A DNA stretch of 46,864 bases from Octopus sinensis (taxonomy: Eukaryota), in NCBI RefSeq assembly GCF_006345805.1, contig NW_021834612.1, forward strand, positions 1 through 46,864, written 5' to 3'. A program made the translations under genes and the position numbers. A model generated the notes under the pieces. It was not told where the DNA came from. It saw nothing but the letters and a program-made list of their open reading frames with translations, and did no database searches. Below, piece after piece: positions 1-10,673 of this stretch. Numbering within the stretch: the stretch's first letter is position 1; each line of letters starts with the position of its first letter.

Positions 1-1028
1 CTCCATCCGATTGCGCTCAAATTTGATATGTAGACACCAACGGTATCAGGGCATATATAAGTCTTGAAAAAATTACAAAAATCGATCCCAGGTGAGAATG
101 TGATCGATAAAGCCATAGGAATGTGCATTTGTACATGCAAGTACATCAGCTGTTGCGATCGATATAACGCGTACGCGAGAAAAATGTATGTGCAGTTTGC
201 ACAAAAAAAGCCGGCTGGCTTGAAATAATGCCACAAAATGCAGTATATTTAAGAGACATAAAAAGTAAGATGCAGAAGAGATATTTTCTTCAAATCCTGG
301 CATGAAGGAAGGAAAGACTATTTGGTTTCTCAAGAAGTTTTTTTTTGGCCTTAACTTCGTTTAACAAAACCAAAAAGTTTATTGAAATAAAGGCATGCTT
401 AATTATTTTTTAATCAAAAGAAAACTCTGACTGCTTTTTATTCAAGGAAGAAAATACAATTTTTTTGCTAATAACTGATTTTTGTTGCCTTACTGCTTTA
501 AAGAAAAAAAAGTGTGTATTTTAGTGAAAGAAAACAGTTATTGTATTCAATCTAGATCGTTTGAGCTTTATTTCAAAGTGAATGCAGTCAAAATACTTCA
601 ATTTTAGAAACAAAAGACTATTTGCTTGCTTCTTAATATTTGCATTTTCTAAACGTACACAATTAACCTACAATTGACCAGTTTTTTGGGGGTTTTTTTA
701 ATGAAAACATGATACTTTTGCATTTTTAATTTGAGAAACAACTTGTCCAACCATCCCATAGGCCTCCCCTTTGAGAAACACTGATTTAACCTAAATTTGA
801 GACACCAGCAAAAGATGGATTTCGACTGATGTACTTACGCGTACAAATGCACGTTCCCACGGCTTTATCGATCACATTCTCATCTGGAATCAAGTTTTGA
901 AATTTTTTCAAGACTTACACACACCCTGATACTGTCGGTATCTACATATCAAATTTGAGCGCAATCAGATGGAGGATGTCCGAGATCTTAGAAGACACAT
1001 AGACAGACAGACAGAACGAATTTTATAT

Positions 1029-1030
<2 letters not shown>
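1..1030. mobile_element. Non-autonomous DNA element with long inverted repeats (MITE/foldback- or HINE-like), left end probably outside the window
   Basis: 1-149 is the diverged reverse complement of 826-974. The right end finishes ...agacagacagacagaacgaattttatataa directly against an (AT)n run. No coding capacity. Confidence 0.6.

Positions 1031-1031
<1 letters not shown>

Positions 1032-1059
<28 letters not shown>
1032..1059. repeat. (AT)n microsatellite at the 5' junction of RTE copy 1
   Basis: Pure AT run; it produces the YIYIYI stretch in ORF 969..3083. Confidence 0.95.
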
Positions 1060-3260
1060 TGAAAGGTAGGTCTGGAGAGATTGTAGAGCTGCTTGAACGG
1101 AGGCGTGTGGATGTATGTTGTATCCAGGAAGTAAGGTGGAGAGGAGGTTCCGCTAGGTTCCTCACAGGCAAGGAACACAGGTACAAGATTTTCTGGGCAG
1201 GGAACACTGACGGGGTCGGGGGCGTGGGTATACTTCTTGCAGAGAAATGGGTAGGTAAGGTAATTGAGGTAGTCAGAGTAAGTGACAGAGTAATTAATAT
1301 TAGATTAGTCCTTCACCACAGGACAGTTACCATCATCTCGGCATATGCCCCTCAACCAGGGCTACCGGAAGGACAAAAAGACCAATTCTATGACACTCTA
1401 TTGCGAACTACCTCGTTGACAAATGACAGTGACCTTCTCTTCGTGGCAGGTGATTTCAATGGACATGTCGGGGGCTTCCATGGCGTCCATGGGGGCTACG
1501 GTTTCGGCTCTCGTAATGAGGAGGGAACCAGGCTGCTGGAGTTCTGCGATGCAAATGACCTTATGGTCTGCAATGCCAACTTCAGGAAACTCTCCTCTCA
1601 CCTAGTCACCTACCGTTCTGGCAGACACACCAGCCAGATTGACTACATCCTTGCCAGAAAAAGGGAAAGAGGGCTGATTATAAATGCCAAAACCTTTCCA
1701 GGCGAAGAATGCACTCCTCAACATAGATTAGTAGTTAGCGACTTCAGGATCAGAGCTAAATGGTTGCCCAGAAGAAGACCTGCTTGGAGGAGAAGGGTCT
1801 GGAAGCTTAAAGATCCTGCAAATGGACAGAGATTTAGAGACATACTACTCGAAGCCTTTGACAAAATAGAAGGGGATATAGCTTCACTTAATGTGGAAGA
1901 CAACTGGAGATTTCTACGAGACAATCTGCTGACAGCCACTGACCAGATCTGTGGATGGAGCAAAGTACCATCTCAACCCAGAGTAACATGGTGGTGGAAC
2001 ACTGTGGTTGACAGGGCTATTAGACAAAAGAGACAGGCTTGGAAGGACTGGAAGAACGGTGGTAGCAGGGAATTGTATCAGACAGCCAGAAGGGAAGCTA
2101 GGAGACAGGTTTATTTAGCCAGAGGGGAAGCGGATAAGAAAAAATTTGCCAATGTTCTGCGCCGTGAGGATGAAAGACTTGAGGTATTTCGTGTTGCAAG
2201 ACAGTGTGTGAGAGAGAATCGTGATGTGGTAGGAGAGAAGTGTGTTCGCATGGATGATGGTTCACTTGCGCTAAATGAGGATGCAAAGAGAGAGGTTTGG
2301 AGATGCCACTATGAAAGGTTGCTGAATAAAGAAAATGAATGGGATAAAGAGAGTCTGCCGAATGTTGACCCAACAGAGGGACCAGCTATCCGAGTTGATA
2401 GTTCCGTGGTAGCTAAGGCAATTAGAAGCATGAAGACAGGGAAAGCCCCAGGCCCATCAGGAATTACTGCAGAGATGCTCAAAATATCTGGCAGTGTCGG
2501 CTATAACCTAGTCACCCGTATAGTCAACCAGGTGATACACGAAGGAGTCATACCCAATGACTGGTGTAGCAGCGTACTAGTCAACTGCTACAAAGGTAAA
2601 GGTGATGCCCTAGATACAAATAATTACAGAGGTATCAAGCTGTTGGATCAGGTAATGAAGGTTACGGAGAGGGTCATAGCCCAACTAATTAGAGGGAGAG
2701 TTAGTTTAGATGAGATGCAGTTTGGGTTTGTGCCAGGGAAAAGCACCACTGATGCTATATCCCTGGTAAGGCAGCTGCAGGAGAAATACCTAGCCAAAGA
2801 TAAGCCCCTGTACCTGGCTTTTGTTGACATGGAGAAAGCCTTTGATAGGGTCCCCCGATCCCCCATCTGGTGGTCAATGAGGAAACTAGGGATAGATGAA
2901 TGGCTGGTGAGGGCTGTGCAAGCCATGTACAGAGATGCCATAAGCAAGATTAGGGTTGGCAACATGTACACAGAAGAATTCAAAGTAGAGGTTGGGGTCC
3001 ACCAGGGTTCAGTACTCAGCCCCCTCCTATTTATCATAGTCCTCCAGGCAATAACAGAGGAATTCAAGACAGGTTGCCCCTGAGAGCTCCTCTATGCTGA
3101 CGACCTCGCTCTAATTGCTGAGTCAATATCAGAACTGGAGAAGTTCCAGGTGTGGAAGGAGGGTTTAGAATCGAGGGGCCTTAGAGTCAACCTAGCTAAA
3201 ACCAAAGTACTAATAAGTAGAAAGGTAGGCAATCCACAAATGTCCTCAGGAAGATGGCCC

Positions 3261-3392
3261 TGCTCGATCTGTAGAAAAGGTGTAGGTAGAAACTCTATAA
3301 GATGTACCCAGTGTAAGCTATGGACACATAAGAGGTGCAGCAATGTCAAAGGTAGGCTAACTGGGAAGATAGTTTTTATATGTGGCAGATGC
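3261..3392 (+). other. PHD-like C4HC3 zinc finger inserted in the RTE ORF after the RT core
   Basis: CSIC-x10-CTQC-x4-H-x2-C-x14-CGRC; also present in copies at ~35890, 38846-38977, ~43650 and on the minus strand at ~27240-27360. Confidence 0.75.
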
Positions 3393-4208
3393 TCGGGAGC
3401 ATTGACCTCCGAAAATCTGCAGAAAACAATTCGAGGGGGAAAAATTAGAAGTAGTTGATAGCTTCCGTTATCTAGGTAACCAAGTCAGTAGTGGGGGTGG
3501 GTGCGCTGAGAGTGTAACTGCTAGAATAAGAATAGCCTGGGCAAAGTTTAGGGAGCTCTTACCTCTGCTGGTGACTAAAGGCCTCTCGCTCAGAGTAAAG
3601 GGCAGACTGTATGATGCATGTGTTCGAACTGCTATGCTACATGGCAGTGAAACATGGGCCGTGACTGCTGAGGACATGCGTAAGCTCATGAGGAATGAAG
3701 CCAGTATGCTCCGATGGATGTGTAATGTCAGTGTACTTACTCGACAGAGCGTTAGTTCCCTGAGAGAAATGTTGTACCTAAGAAGCATCAATTGTTGCGT
3801 GCAAGAGAGACGATTGCGCTGGTATGGTCATGTGGCGAGAATGGATGAAGATAGGTGTGTGAGAAAGTGCCAATCCCTAGCAGTTGAGGGAACCCGTGGA
3901 AGAGGTAGACCCAGGAAAACCTGGGACGAGGTGGTGAAGCACGACCTTCGAACGTTAGGTCTCACCATGGAAATGACTAGAGACCGAGACCTATGGAAGT
4001 ATGCTGTGCGTGAGAAGACCCGGCAAGACTAGTGAAGCCATAACCCGTGGCCCCTACCTGGGACGTAGTCAGTCCACCTGTGCATACCTTCCTGCTTGTG
4101 ACACTTGTGAAGACCTGTTGAGGCAAATCAAATCAAAGTCAAATCGAATCAAGTCAAACCAAATCAAAATAGATGAACATCAATGGAATTTGTATCCTTG
4201 TGGTACCA

Positions 4209-4500
4209 GTGCCGGTGGCACATAAGAAAACCATCCGAACGGGACCGTAGCCAGTACCGCATCGACTGGCCTCCGTGCCGTGGGCACGTAACAAACACCA
4301 TCCGATCGTAGCCGTTCGCCAGCCTCGTCTGGCACCTGTGTCGGTGGCACATAGGAAAAACACCGAAAACGCCATATCCGAGCGTGGCCGTCTGCCAGCC
4401 TCGTCTGGCACCTGTGTCGGTGGCACATAAAAAACACCATCCGAGCCTGGCTGTCTGCCAGCCTCGTCTGGCACCTGTGTCGGTGGCACATAAAATCACC
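4209..4500 (+). repeat. Tandem array of ~58-66-nt units in the RTE 3' UTR
   Basis: Five copies of the core GTGYCGGTGGCACRTAAAAARCACC separated by related linkers; equivalent arrays follow most RTE copies. Confidence 0.9.
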
Positions 4501-4684
4501 CACTACACTCTCGGAGTGGTTGGCGTTAGGAAGGGCATCCAGCTGTAGAAACACTGCCAGATCTGACTGGCCTGGTGTAGCCTTCGGGCTTGCCAGACCC
4601 CAGTTGAACCGTCCAACCCATGCTAGCATGGAAAGCGGACGTTAAACGATGATGATGATGATGATATATATATACACACACAGA

Positions 4685-4820
4685 GGCTTCTTTCAGCTTC
4701 TATCCACCAAATCCACTCACAAGTCTTTGATTTGTCTGGAGCAAATCAGACACCCAAGGACCTATGCAGAAGGGCTGAACATGTTGGGAAGTAAGCTTCT
4801 CAATCACACAGCCACACTAT
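4685..4820 (-). mobile_element. tRNA-derived SINE fragment
   Basis: Matches the ttctttcag...ccaaatccactcacaag family repeated at ~15180, 15985, 24105, 25090, 30425 and 46335. Confidence 0.65.
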
Positions 4821-4881
4821 ATGAAGATAGTGTCTCTACAATTGTTCTGTTGCATGATCCAGTAAGTTATGAAACTCTTAC

Positions 4882-4958
4882 TTCTACCACAAGTAGGAGA
4901 CTATAGAGGTTACTAGAGAATGCAAATGATCTCTTAGCACACTTCCATCAATCTTATA
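4882..4958 (-). other. Candidate exon of a minus-strand transcript (YKIDGSVLRDHLHSLVTSIVSYLW* in phase 0)
   Basis: Acceptor ttatcttcatcctcctcttcag and donor AA/gtaaga. The pyrimidine tract could instead reflect acidic codons on the plus strand. Confidence 0.2.
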
Positions 4959-5854
4959 CTGAAGAGGAGGATGAAGATAATTAAACAAAATATACAAGGT
5001 TTCAATACTAATAACTACTTTAAAAATACTTTGGTACTAGAAACACTTAGAACTAGGTCACTTCCTCATAAATAGTTGAAATATATTGACAACCTTCTCC
5101 TACCCAATACACATTTAACATTAGAATAAGTATTAACACCATCAAAACTACACTGAACAGTCAAACAAGAATATTATGTTTATGTAGTTAAGGGTACATC
5201 TAACCATATTTCTAGTGGTGGTGGGGATATCTGTGGTTATATTGGAAGCTACATTGTTAGTAGGGGTGGGGGTGAATCTGTAGTGACATTGATAAGTAAC
5301 AGGTTTGTATCTCTGCTCCCCATTTTGTTCTAAGCTAATTATTGCATTAATAGAGAAAACCTTTTCTTTTTTTATCCCCTAACTGGTTAATACAAAGAAC
5401 CCATGAGAATAAACTGGAGACTGTTGCAAAGGAAATAAACCATTACAACAAATAACGTGTTAGAGAAGACCAATCCAACCATGCCACTATGGAGGAAAAG
5501 CAGGCATCAAATGATGATGGTAATATGGCTATTAACTATCTCTGACTCAATAAACTTAAAGGAAAAAATGACATGTCAAGTATTTTTGTAGAAACTAAAA
5601 TACAGTGGTGGAAATGTGCGTGTGAGAGAGAGAAATAGCCTAAGTGAATGTCTTAAAGTGCACCCTCTAATACATATATATATGTATGTATGGGTGTGCC
5701 CACACTCATATAAACATGTATATATAATTTATTTTTAATGTAAACTTTAAAGGACTAGATACCTCCTAAATCTTAAAATAACATATTTTCAAAGAAACCT
5801 GGGTCACTGGAGTTTTGATTTTTAAGTTAAGCATGAGGCTAGGTGTTTTGAAAA

Positions 5855-6040
5855 ATAGGGGGTTAGTTGACATTATTGTCATCCTCTTCCTCAGTACTTG
5901 ACTAGTATTTTGTTATCACCCTAGAACAATGAAAGGCAAAATTGACCTTGGTGGAATTTGAACTTGGAACCAAGGGACAGGATGTAATGAAATGCTGCAA
6001 AGTATTTTGTCTGCTGCTCTATGAGTCTACCTTTTATATA
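5855..6040 (-). mobile_element. Decayed tRNA-derived SINE (second family)
   Basis: Shares the gaccttgg..gaatttgaact box-B-like segment with copies at ~6130, 17215-17400 and 18930-19095. Confidence 0.55.
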
Positions 6041-6593
6041 ATTAATGTAACCCATCTTTAATCACTTGGTTTCTGATAAGGACACAAACTTCAGAAAGGT
6101 GGAGACCTTATTTCATCACATATGGAAGGATTAAGACCAAAGCTGACCTTGGTGAAATTTTAATTCAAAATGTAAATGGAAAAGACTAAATATAGCTTTT
6201 ACTAATTCTAAAAAGAAAAAAAAAAGACATCATCCTACCTCTATAATAATAAAGGGATAAGGCCTCATTTGGAGGAGAAAGAGTCAATTAAACAGCCCTA
6301 CCACAGCCATTTCATTATATGTATGCTGATGTGCAGGATATGACGGTATTGTTTAAGTGGTAGTGATGTTAAACCAGATCAAGAGTGGATGCTGCCACTA
6401 AAGAGCTGCTGCTGCTGCTGCCTATCTGATGTATTAGTATACAATTTCTCCAACAAGGCTTGAGTTGAAGCAAGATGCCATGGGATCAAACCACATGATT
6501 ATGTGACAAACATCTTATCCACACAGCCATGTATAGATGTGTGCCTACAGAGATATTTGTGTATGGATATATGTATGTGTGTGTGTCTGTGTG

Positions 6594-6608
6594 TATATAT
6601 ATATATAT

Positions 6609-6693
<85 letters not shown>
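6594..6693. repeat. (AT)n/(AC)n microsatellite
   Basis: ~100-nt dinucleotide run; source of ORFs 6486..6770, 6503..6715 and 6537..6752. Confidence 0.95.
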
Positions 6694-6695
<2 letters not shown>

Positions 6696-6700
<5 letters not shown>

Positions 6701-7171
6701 AATAAATTTTTTTAATTCTCAAACACGTGATAATGCTAATAAAATAGCGTGAACAGGATAAAATATCCATACATTGCAGAAAAATACATTACCAGCCAGC
6801 CAGCCATGAGACTCAAACTCATATCCCTGTGCTTTACCATTAAGCTAAACTGCCTAGTAACGAATTCTTCTGCAATTTTAGAACATATAAATTTAGCTTT
6901 ATAAGATGAGCATTAGCATCTTATGAAGCTAAATTTATAAGTTCTAAAATTGCAGAATTCACTCCTGGGCAGTTTAGCTTAATGGTAAAGCACTTGATGC
7001 ATAATCACAGGGATGTGAGTTTGAGTCTCATGGCTGGCCGATAACATATTTTTCTGCAATGTATGGATAATTTATCCGGTTTACGCTATTTTATTAGCAT
7101 TATCATGCATTTGAGAATAAACAAAATTTTTTCTGTATCTTTCAATACATCTCAACACTTCTAAAACAAAC
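6696..7171. repeat. ~440-bp palindrome (foldback element) with a tRNA-like unit in each arm
   Basis: 6696-~6909 is the reverse complement of ~6918-7136 around a ~8-nt spacer (ataagatg-agcattag-catcttat); flanked by (AT)n on both sides. Confidence 0.9.
6967..7039 (+). pseudogene. tRNA-Met(CAT)-like sequence in the right palindrome arm
   Basis: 73 nt with A box TAGCTTAATGGTAAAGC, loop TGCATAA and T arm GTGAG-TTTGAGT-CTCAT; a T5 run follows at ~7048. Acceptor and anticodon stems are imperfect. The mirror copy at ~6797-6855 (-) lacks the anticodon arm. Confidence 0.65.
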
Positions 7172-7219
7172 TATATATATATGCACACATCTGCATACAA
7201 GTGTGTGTGTGCACATCTA

Positions 7220-7752
7220 CAAGGTGTCCCCCCAAAATGCATATACACTTTAAGCACTGATAACTCAATTTTCATTCCATTTTAGATTTAGTCCAGAATA
7301 AATAATGGAGGAAGCTAGACTAAGCTTTGAACAAAGGACATTTAACCTAAAGTGCTACTGGAAATTTAAAAGGGCAAAAATAGTTTAAGAGGGAGTTTCA
7401 AACAGACTAACCAACACGATTACAATACCTTCATATTAGATGTGTTTGAAAGCAGATGAAACTGTTCAGAAGATTCACTAAGAACATTCTAGAAGACTGC
7501 AAACACCAATAATCCCCACAAAACAAGGAAAGATACTAGAAGCATTGCCAGAATTTTAAAAAAATCTGTGCAGCAAGTGAGTTGTGACAAAGGAATTTTA
7601 AAATCAAGCATCCATTGCATTTTGAAGTGCTGTCATGGGACAAGTTACAATTCAAGAAAAGCCCATGCTCTCAATGAAGATGATCTGGACAGAATAGAGT
7701 TTTCCAAGTGACACTTGAAAAAGTGCTCACTTTCCAGCAAAGTTTGTTTGGA
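7220..7752 (+). mobile_element. Tc1/mariner-superfamily DNA transposon 5' fragment (DUF4817-type HTH)
   Basis: Starts TA|CAAGGTGTCC. Decayed ORF MEEARLSFEQR..LKCYWKF ... KSSIHCILK ... HALNEDD.DRIEF; truncated by an RTE copy. Confidence 0.7.
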
Positions 7753-7755
7753 GTG

Positions 7756-9376
7756 GCTGCAGGGGAAATACATAGCCAAAGATAAACCTCTGTACTTGGC
7801 TTTTGTTGACTTGGAGAAAGCCTTATCTGGTGATCAATGCAAAAACTGGGGATAGACGAGTGGTTAGAGCTGTACATGCCATGTACAGGGACACTATCAG
7901 TAAGGTGGGGATTAGCAATGAGTACAGTGAGGAATTCAGGGTGCAGGTAGGGGCTCACCAAGGATCAGTCCTCAGCCCCACCTTGTTCATCATAGTCCTC
8001 CAGGCAGTAAGAAAGGAATTTCAGAGAGACTACCCCTGGGAGCTCCTCTATGCTGATGACCTTGTTTTTATAGCCAAATCACTACCAGAACTACAAAAGT
8101 TTCAGGTATGGAAGCAGGGTCTAGAATCAAAGAGCCTTGGAGTTAACCTAGCAAAAACCAAAGTTTTAGTAAGTAGGAAGGCAGAGAAATCACAAATCCC
8201 TTCAGGTAGGTGGCCTGCTCAATCTGTAGAAAAGGCATAGGAAGAAACTCTATGAGATGTACCTGGTGTAAGATATGGACACAAGAAGAGCAGCAATATC
8301 AAAAGAAGGTTAACAGAGAAAATAGCTTTTGTGTGTGGAAGATGCACAGGTATAATAAACACTGAGAATGTACAGAAAATAGACTCCATCCACTGCCAGT
8401 GGGGTAAGCTAGAAGTAGTAGATAGATTCCATTACCTAGGTGACCAACTTAACACGGAGGTAGATGCTCCAAGAGCATAGCTGTGAGAAGAAGAATAGGC
8501 TAGGCAAAGTTCAGAGATCTACCTCTGCTAGCAACAAAGGGCCTCCCAGCTCAGAGTAAAAGGCAGATTGTGTGATGCCTGTGTGCAAACAGCTATACTA
8601 CGCGGCAGTGAAATATGGGCTGTGACAGCCAAGGAAATGTGTAGGCTTGAGGGAAATGAAGCCAGCATGTTTCACTGGAGATGCAATATCAGTGTGCATG
8701 TTTGACAGAGTGTAAGCATCTTTAGAAAAAAGTTGGGCATAAGAGGCATCAGATGTGGTATGCAAGAGAGATGACTGCACTGGTATGGTCATGTGATGCA
8801 TCTGGACGAGGATAGCTGTGTAAAGAAGTGCTGATTTATAATTATGAAGGGAACCCGTAGTAGCGGTAGACCCAGAAACTTTGAGCTTCACAGAGGCAAC
8901 AACTAGTGACCAAGACCTTTGACAATATACTGTGCTTGAGAAGACTTGCCAAGCCAAGTGAAATCATTATGGTCAATGTTGGTGTTGTACAATTGGCACC
9001 TTTGCCAGTGACACAAAAAGTGCCTTTTAAGTGTTGGCCTCACAGAGGCAAAGTGGTCGATGCTGGTGGCATGTGAAAAACTCCTTTCAAGTGTCAGGTG
9101 TCACAGAGGCAATGACGAATGACCGAGACCTTTGGCATTATATCATGCTTGAGAAGAAAACCCATCAAGCCAAGTAAAATCACAGTTATGGCATATATTG
9201 GTGTCACACAAATGGCACCTGAGCCAGAGGCATGTAAAAAATGTGCCTGTTACAATCTTGGAGTGGTTGACTCCAGCCATAGAAACCATGCCAAATCAGG
9301 TTGGAGTCTGGTGCAGCCTTCCAGCTTGCCAGTCCTGGTTAAACCATCCAACCCATGCCAGCATGGACAACAGGTC
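7756..9376 (+). mobile_element. Older 5'-truncated RTE copy with decayed 3' UTR
   Basis: ORF 7803..8240 contains QGSVLSPTLF and WELLYADD; many stops follow; degenerate array units and the tail motif lie at ~8960-9370. Confidence 0.9.
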
Positions 9377-9809
9377 ATCATCATATTCATCATTTAACAT
9401 CCATTTTCCATATATATATATATATATATATATATCAATTTTATGAGTAGATGTACATAAATATACTGCAGGTAATGAACTACAGAGATATACTGGAAAT
9501 ATCAAAGAAGTTGGAGATATTTTTCTCCAAAGACGATGGCCAATGTTTGGCATTGAGAACTAAACAAATCCCTCAAGTTGAAACTGTTGCTTTATACTAA
9601 ATGTCCCATTATTTCTATACAGAAATAGAACCAGGTACTGTAATATAAAGTTCAAAGGACCATAGCTTTCCTTCAGCTAAAAAGGAAGTCGTTTTTGTAT
9701 TGACATCCATCACCTGAGTAGTTGTGAAGATATTCAACCAACAAACAGACATTTTCTATGTTATATCTCAAGACAACAGTAACCTCAAACATTGTTGTTC
9801 ACTAAATAC

Positions 9810-9867
9810 CATCTTGTAAACAAAAGCTGTTGGAATATTAATGATGATGCTCCAGCATGATCCCAGG
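9810..9867 (-). other. Candidate exon of a minus-strand transcript
   Basis: Acceptor tttactactttcag and possible donor ATG/gtattt. Open as AWDHAGASSLIFQQLLFTRW (runs to a stop at 9785 if unspliced) or as LGSCWSIIINIPTAFVYKM. Confidence 0.3.
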
Positions 9868-10346
9868 CTGAAAGTAGTAAACATATGTACATGCACATAT
9901 TTATATGCAAACCTTAACACATATACATATGTATATGGGTATATATATAGAGTGCAAAGGATATTTAAGCGCAGTTATCAGTATATTACTCTCTTCAAAC
10001 CAGGTAAAAGGTTTTTATTTTAATCAGATCTCTCATGGTAAGTAAAATGCTAATGAAAAGACATGCAGTCATTATTGTTATGTGTGCAGAAAACAGTGAT
10101 TCAGAAATGGCCAACTGGATGCTTTTAGTGAGGTCACGATGCAAGCTGCATGACTACAAACCCCAAGAGAAGCAGCTTCATGCAAGGAAATGAAAGGTTA
10201 AAGCATAATGGTGGGCTGAAAAGTTCATAGGCTGACTATGAAGGAGTGATACTAGAGCTGTGAAATCTTGTAGGCATTAATTTCAACTCTTCCAATTGAT
10301 AATTACATTGTTATTCTTTAGGTAAACTGTGCTGTTCAAAGAAGAT

Positions 10347-10673
10347 TGTCATGTGAAGGAGGGAAAACAAAGAATTGCAGTAGTTTTACCTGTCAATGTG
10401 GCAGGGTCACTCACAACGTCCACATGCTGTCTCAATCTGGAAGGTTCACTTACAACGTCCATGTGCTCTATCTGCCATTGTACGGTCTAACATATCTGCT
10501 CTCATACGCTGTCCACCGCCAACTGACTGCTCACCTCGCCTCCCCACACACACACACCTGCATGCCCACCACAGCCTTTCCAGTGGGACCCACAGGCCCT
10601 GCTTACAAGAGAACATGCATACTCCTTCACTTCCGGTCCTTTCCAACAACACAGCCTGGCTCATAACACCACA
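10347..10673 (-). repeat. 3' LTR
   Basis: Diverged direct repeat of 13410-13711; weak purine tract AAGGGGGCA adjacent on the minus strand. Confidence 0.85.

Larger units (their letters stand above)
1060..4665 (+). mobile_element. RTE-clade non-LTR retrotransposon, near full length, slightly 5'-truncated, inactivated (copy 1)
   Basis: APE motifs (VCCIQEVRW, SAYAPQ, GDFNGHVG, QIDYIL) and RT motifs (KAPGPSG, NYRGIKLL, QFGFVPGKST, FVDMEKAFDRV, GVHQGSVLSPLLF, YADD). Premature TGA at 3081-3083 where sister copies have TGG, and a frameshift near 3430. ORF ends EKTRQD* at 4032, followed by a 3' UTR array and a (GAT)n tail. Confidence 0.95.

Noticed and set aside
969-1059. N-terminus of the 704-aa ORF as a real start or novel fusion protein
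   Set aside because: The ATG lies in the upstream inverted-repeat element and reads through an (AT)n run; the in-frame join to the truncated RTE is most simply chance.
2648-3791. Minus-strand ORFs of 85-139 aa over the RTE (likewise 38296..39231, 43483..44185, 40838..41323)
   Set aside because: They are antisense shadows of LINE coding sequence, recurring in each copy.
4330-4440. HDV-like ribozyme in the array unit (CAG-CCTCGT-CTG resembles P3/L3)
   Set aside because: No P1 or P2 partners and no catalytic C-N-A segment could be placed; the twister consensus CCCAAGCCC is also absent.
4209-4500. CRISPR array interpretation of the ~60-nt repeats (also at 26190, 28355, 30770 and 39790)
   Set aside because: The spacers are homologous to each other, no cas genes are present, the context is eukaryotic, and the arrays always lie within RTE 3' UTRs.
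6486-6770. ORFs rich in YI/HT/CV dipeptides (also ~25200, 30387, 37200 and 44450-45070)
   Set aside because: They are translations of microsatellites.
10028-10037. Plus-strand 10-nt microexon with a strong acceptor and G/gtaagt donor
   Set aside because: It is not a multiple of three, there is no supported plus-strand gene in this region, and such motifs arise by chance in AT-rich DNA.
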